Assembly (NCBI GenBank): GCA_030390025.1
Contig: CM059431.1
Span: 96,102,001-96,166,000 of the forward strand
Origin: Squalus acanthias
Lineage: Eukaryota
Reading direction: 5' to 3'
Length of the DNA: 64,000 nt
In this document: piece after piece, positions 62,660-64,000 of the stretch
Layout of the letters: every line of letters starts with the position of its first letter
How positions within the stretch are numbered: position 1 is the first letter of the stretch
Notes under the pieces: model-generated
Told to the model about the DNA's origin: nothing
The model's input: only the letters and a program-made list of their open reading frames with translations
The model's database searches: none
Program-made: the position numbers and the translations under genes

Positions 62660-64000
62660 TCAAAAATGGGTTTAGAATGCATGTACGTAAATGCACAAAG
62701 TGTGGTGAATAAGGTTGGTGAGCTACAAGCACAATTAGCCATGTGGCAATATGATGTTGTGGCAATAACGGAAACATGACTTAAAAAAGGTGAGGACTGG
62801 GCACTTAATATTCAAGGGTACAAGGGATTCAGAAAAGATAGGGAAGGAAAAAAGGGAGGTGGGGTGGCAGTGCTGATTAAGGAAGACATTGTAGTGTTGG
62901 AAAGGGAGGATGTTCCAAGGACAGAATCCATTTGGTTAGAGTTCAGGAGCAAAAAGGGTATGATCATGCTATTGGGGGTATTCTACAGGCCTCCAAATAG
63001 TGAGAGGGAGGTAGAGGAGCAAATCTGCAGGGAAATTGGTGATATTGGCCCAATTAGGAAGGAGGCATTGCTGGATCTGGTGCTGGGGAATGAGGTGGGC
63101 CAGGTCGACCAAGTGTCTGTGGGAGAACACTTGGGTACAAGTAATCATCGTTTCATAAGATTTAGATTAGCAATGGAGAGGAGAAAGGAACAATCTAGAG
63201 TGGAACTTCTAAACTGGAATAGGGCTAACTTCAATGGGATGCGAAAGGATCTAGCCAGGGTAAAATGGAACCAAAAACTGACAGGAAAAACTGTAACAGA
63301 ACAATGGGAGATCTTTAAGGAGGAGATGTTCCAAGTATAGGCTAGGTACATTCCAACAAGAGGGAAGGGTAATGGAACCAAAACAAGGGCTCCTTGGATG
63401 ACGAGATAGAGATGACGATGAAACAAAAAAAGAGGGTGTATGATGCATGTCAGGTGAATTCTTCAAGGGAGAACCAGACCAAATACAATAAGTTGAGAGG
63501 GGAAGTGAAGATGAAAAGAAGATTGGCAAAGAGAGAATATGAGAGTAGAATGGTGGTTAACATAAAAGGGAAACCAAAAATCTTCTACCGGCATGTAAAT
63601 AGTGAGCAGGTAGTAAGAGGTGGGGTGGGGCCTATTTGGGACAAAGAAGGTGATATATGCTTAGAGGCGTAGGGCAAGGATAGAATACTCAATGAGTACT
63701 TTGTATCGGTGTTTACTAAGGAGGTGGATGCTGACAAAATATCAGTAGAAGTGGAAAAGGTAGAAGCAATGGAAGGGGTGAACATTGATAGACAGGATGT
63801 ACGAGAAAGGCTGGGTATGCTTAGAGTGGATAAGTCACCTGGTCCAGATGGCTTGCATCCCAGGTTGCTAAGGGAATTGGGGGAGGAGATAGCGGAAGGA
63901 CTTGCTATAATTTTCCAATCTTCGCTAGATGCGGGGAAGGTGCCTGAGGATTGGAAAGTGGCAAATGTGAAACCATTGTTCAAGAAAGGGTGTAAGGACA
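62660..64000 (+). mobile_element. CR1 ORF2 5' part (endonuclease and linker), runs off the window
   Basis: CMYVNAQSV, GVFYRPPNS, LLDLVLGNE, DKSPGPDGLHPRLL. Confidence 0.88.

Overview
Eukaryotic, almost entirely transposon-derived DNA. I found no recognisable intact host gene, rRNA, tRNA or CRISPR array. The repeat content (CR1 LINEs with 8-bp tails such as (CTTATGTT)n and (TCTATGAT)n, RTE, L2, Penelope, Deu-type and LF-type SINEs) suggests a cartilaginous fish; this is inference. Bases 1-13985 are the end of a composite tandem array. Each unit is a 29-bp minisatellite block plus a dead 5'-truncated CR1 RT fragment carrying a nested Tx1-like 3' end, and units alternate A-B-A-B-A as a ~5.2-5.3 kb higher-order dimer. 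Bases 14-64 kb are nested LINEs, SINEs, MITEs and a solo LTR. The most interesting signals are: (i) hammerhead-ribozyme-bearing Penelope (PLE) termini of two families, inserted as TSD-flanked fold-back palindromes whose turn point repeatedly sits at the 5' edge of the CUGANGA core; (ii) a three-level Harbinger > CR1 > Penelope nest with all TSDs visible; (iii) the LINE-containing higher-order satellite. Family names come from motif recall, not database searches.
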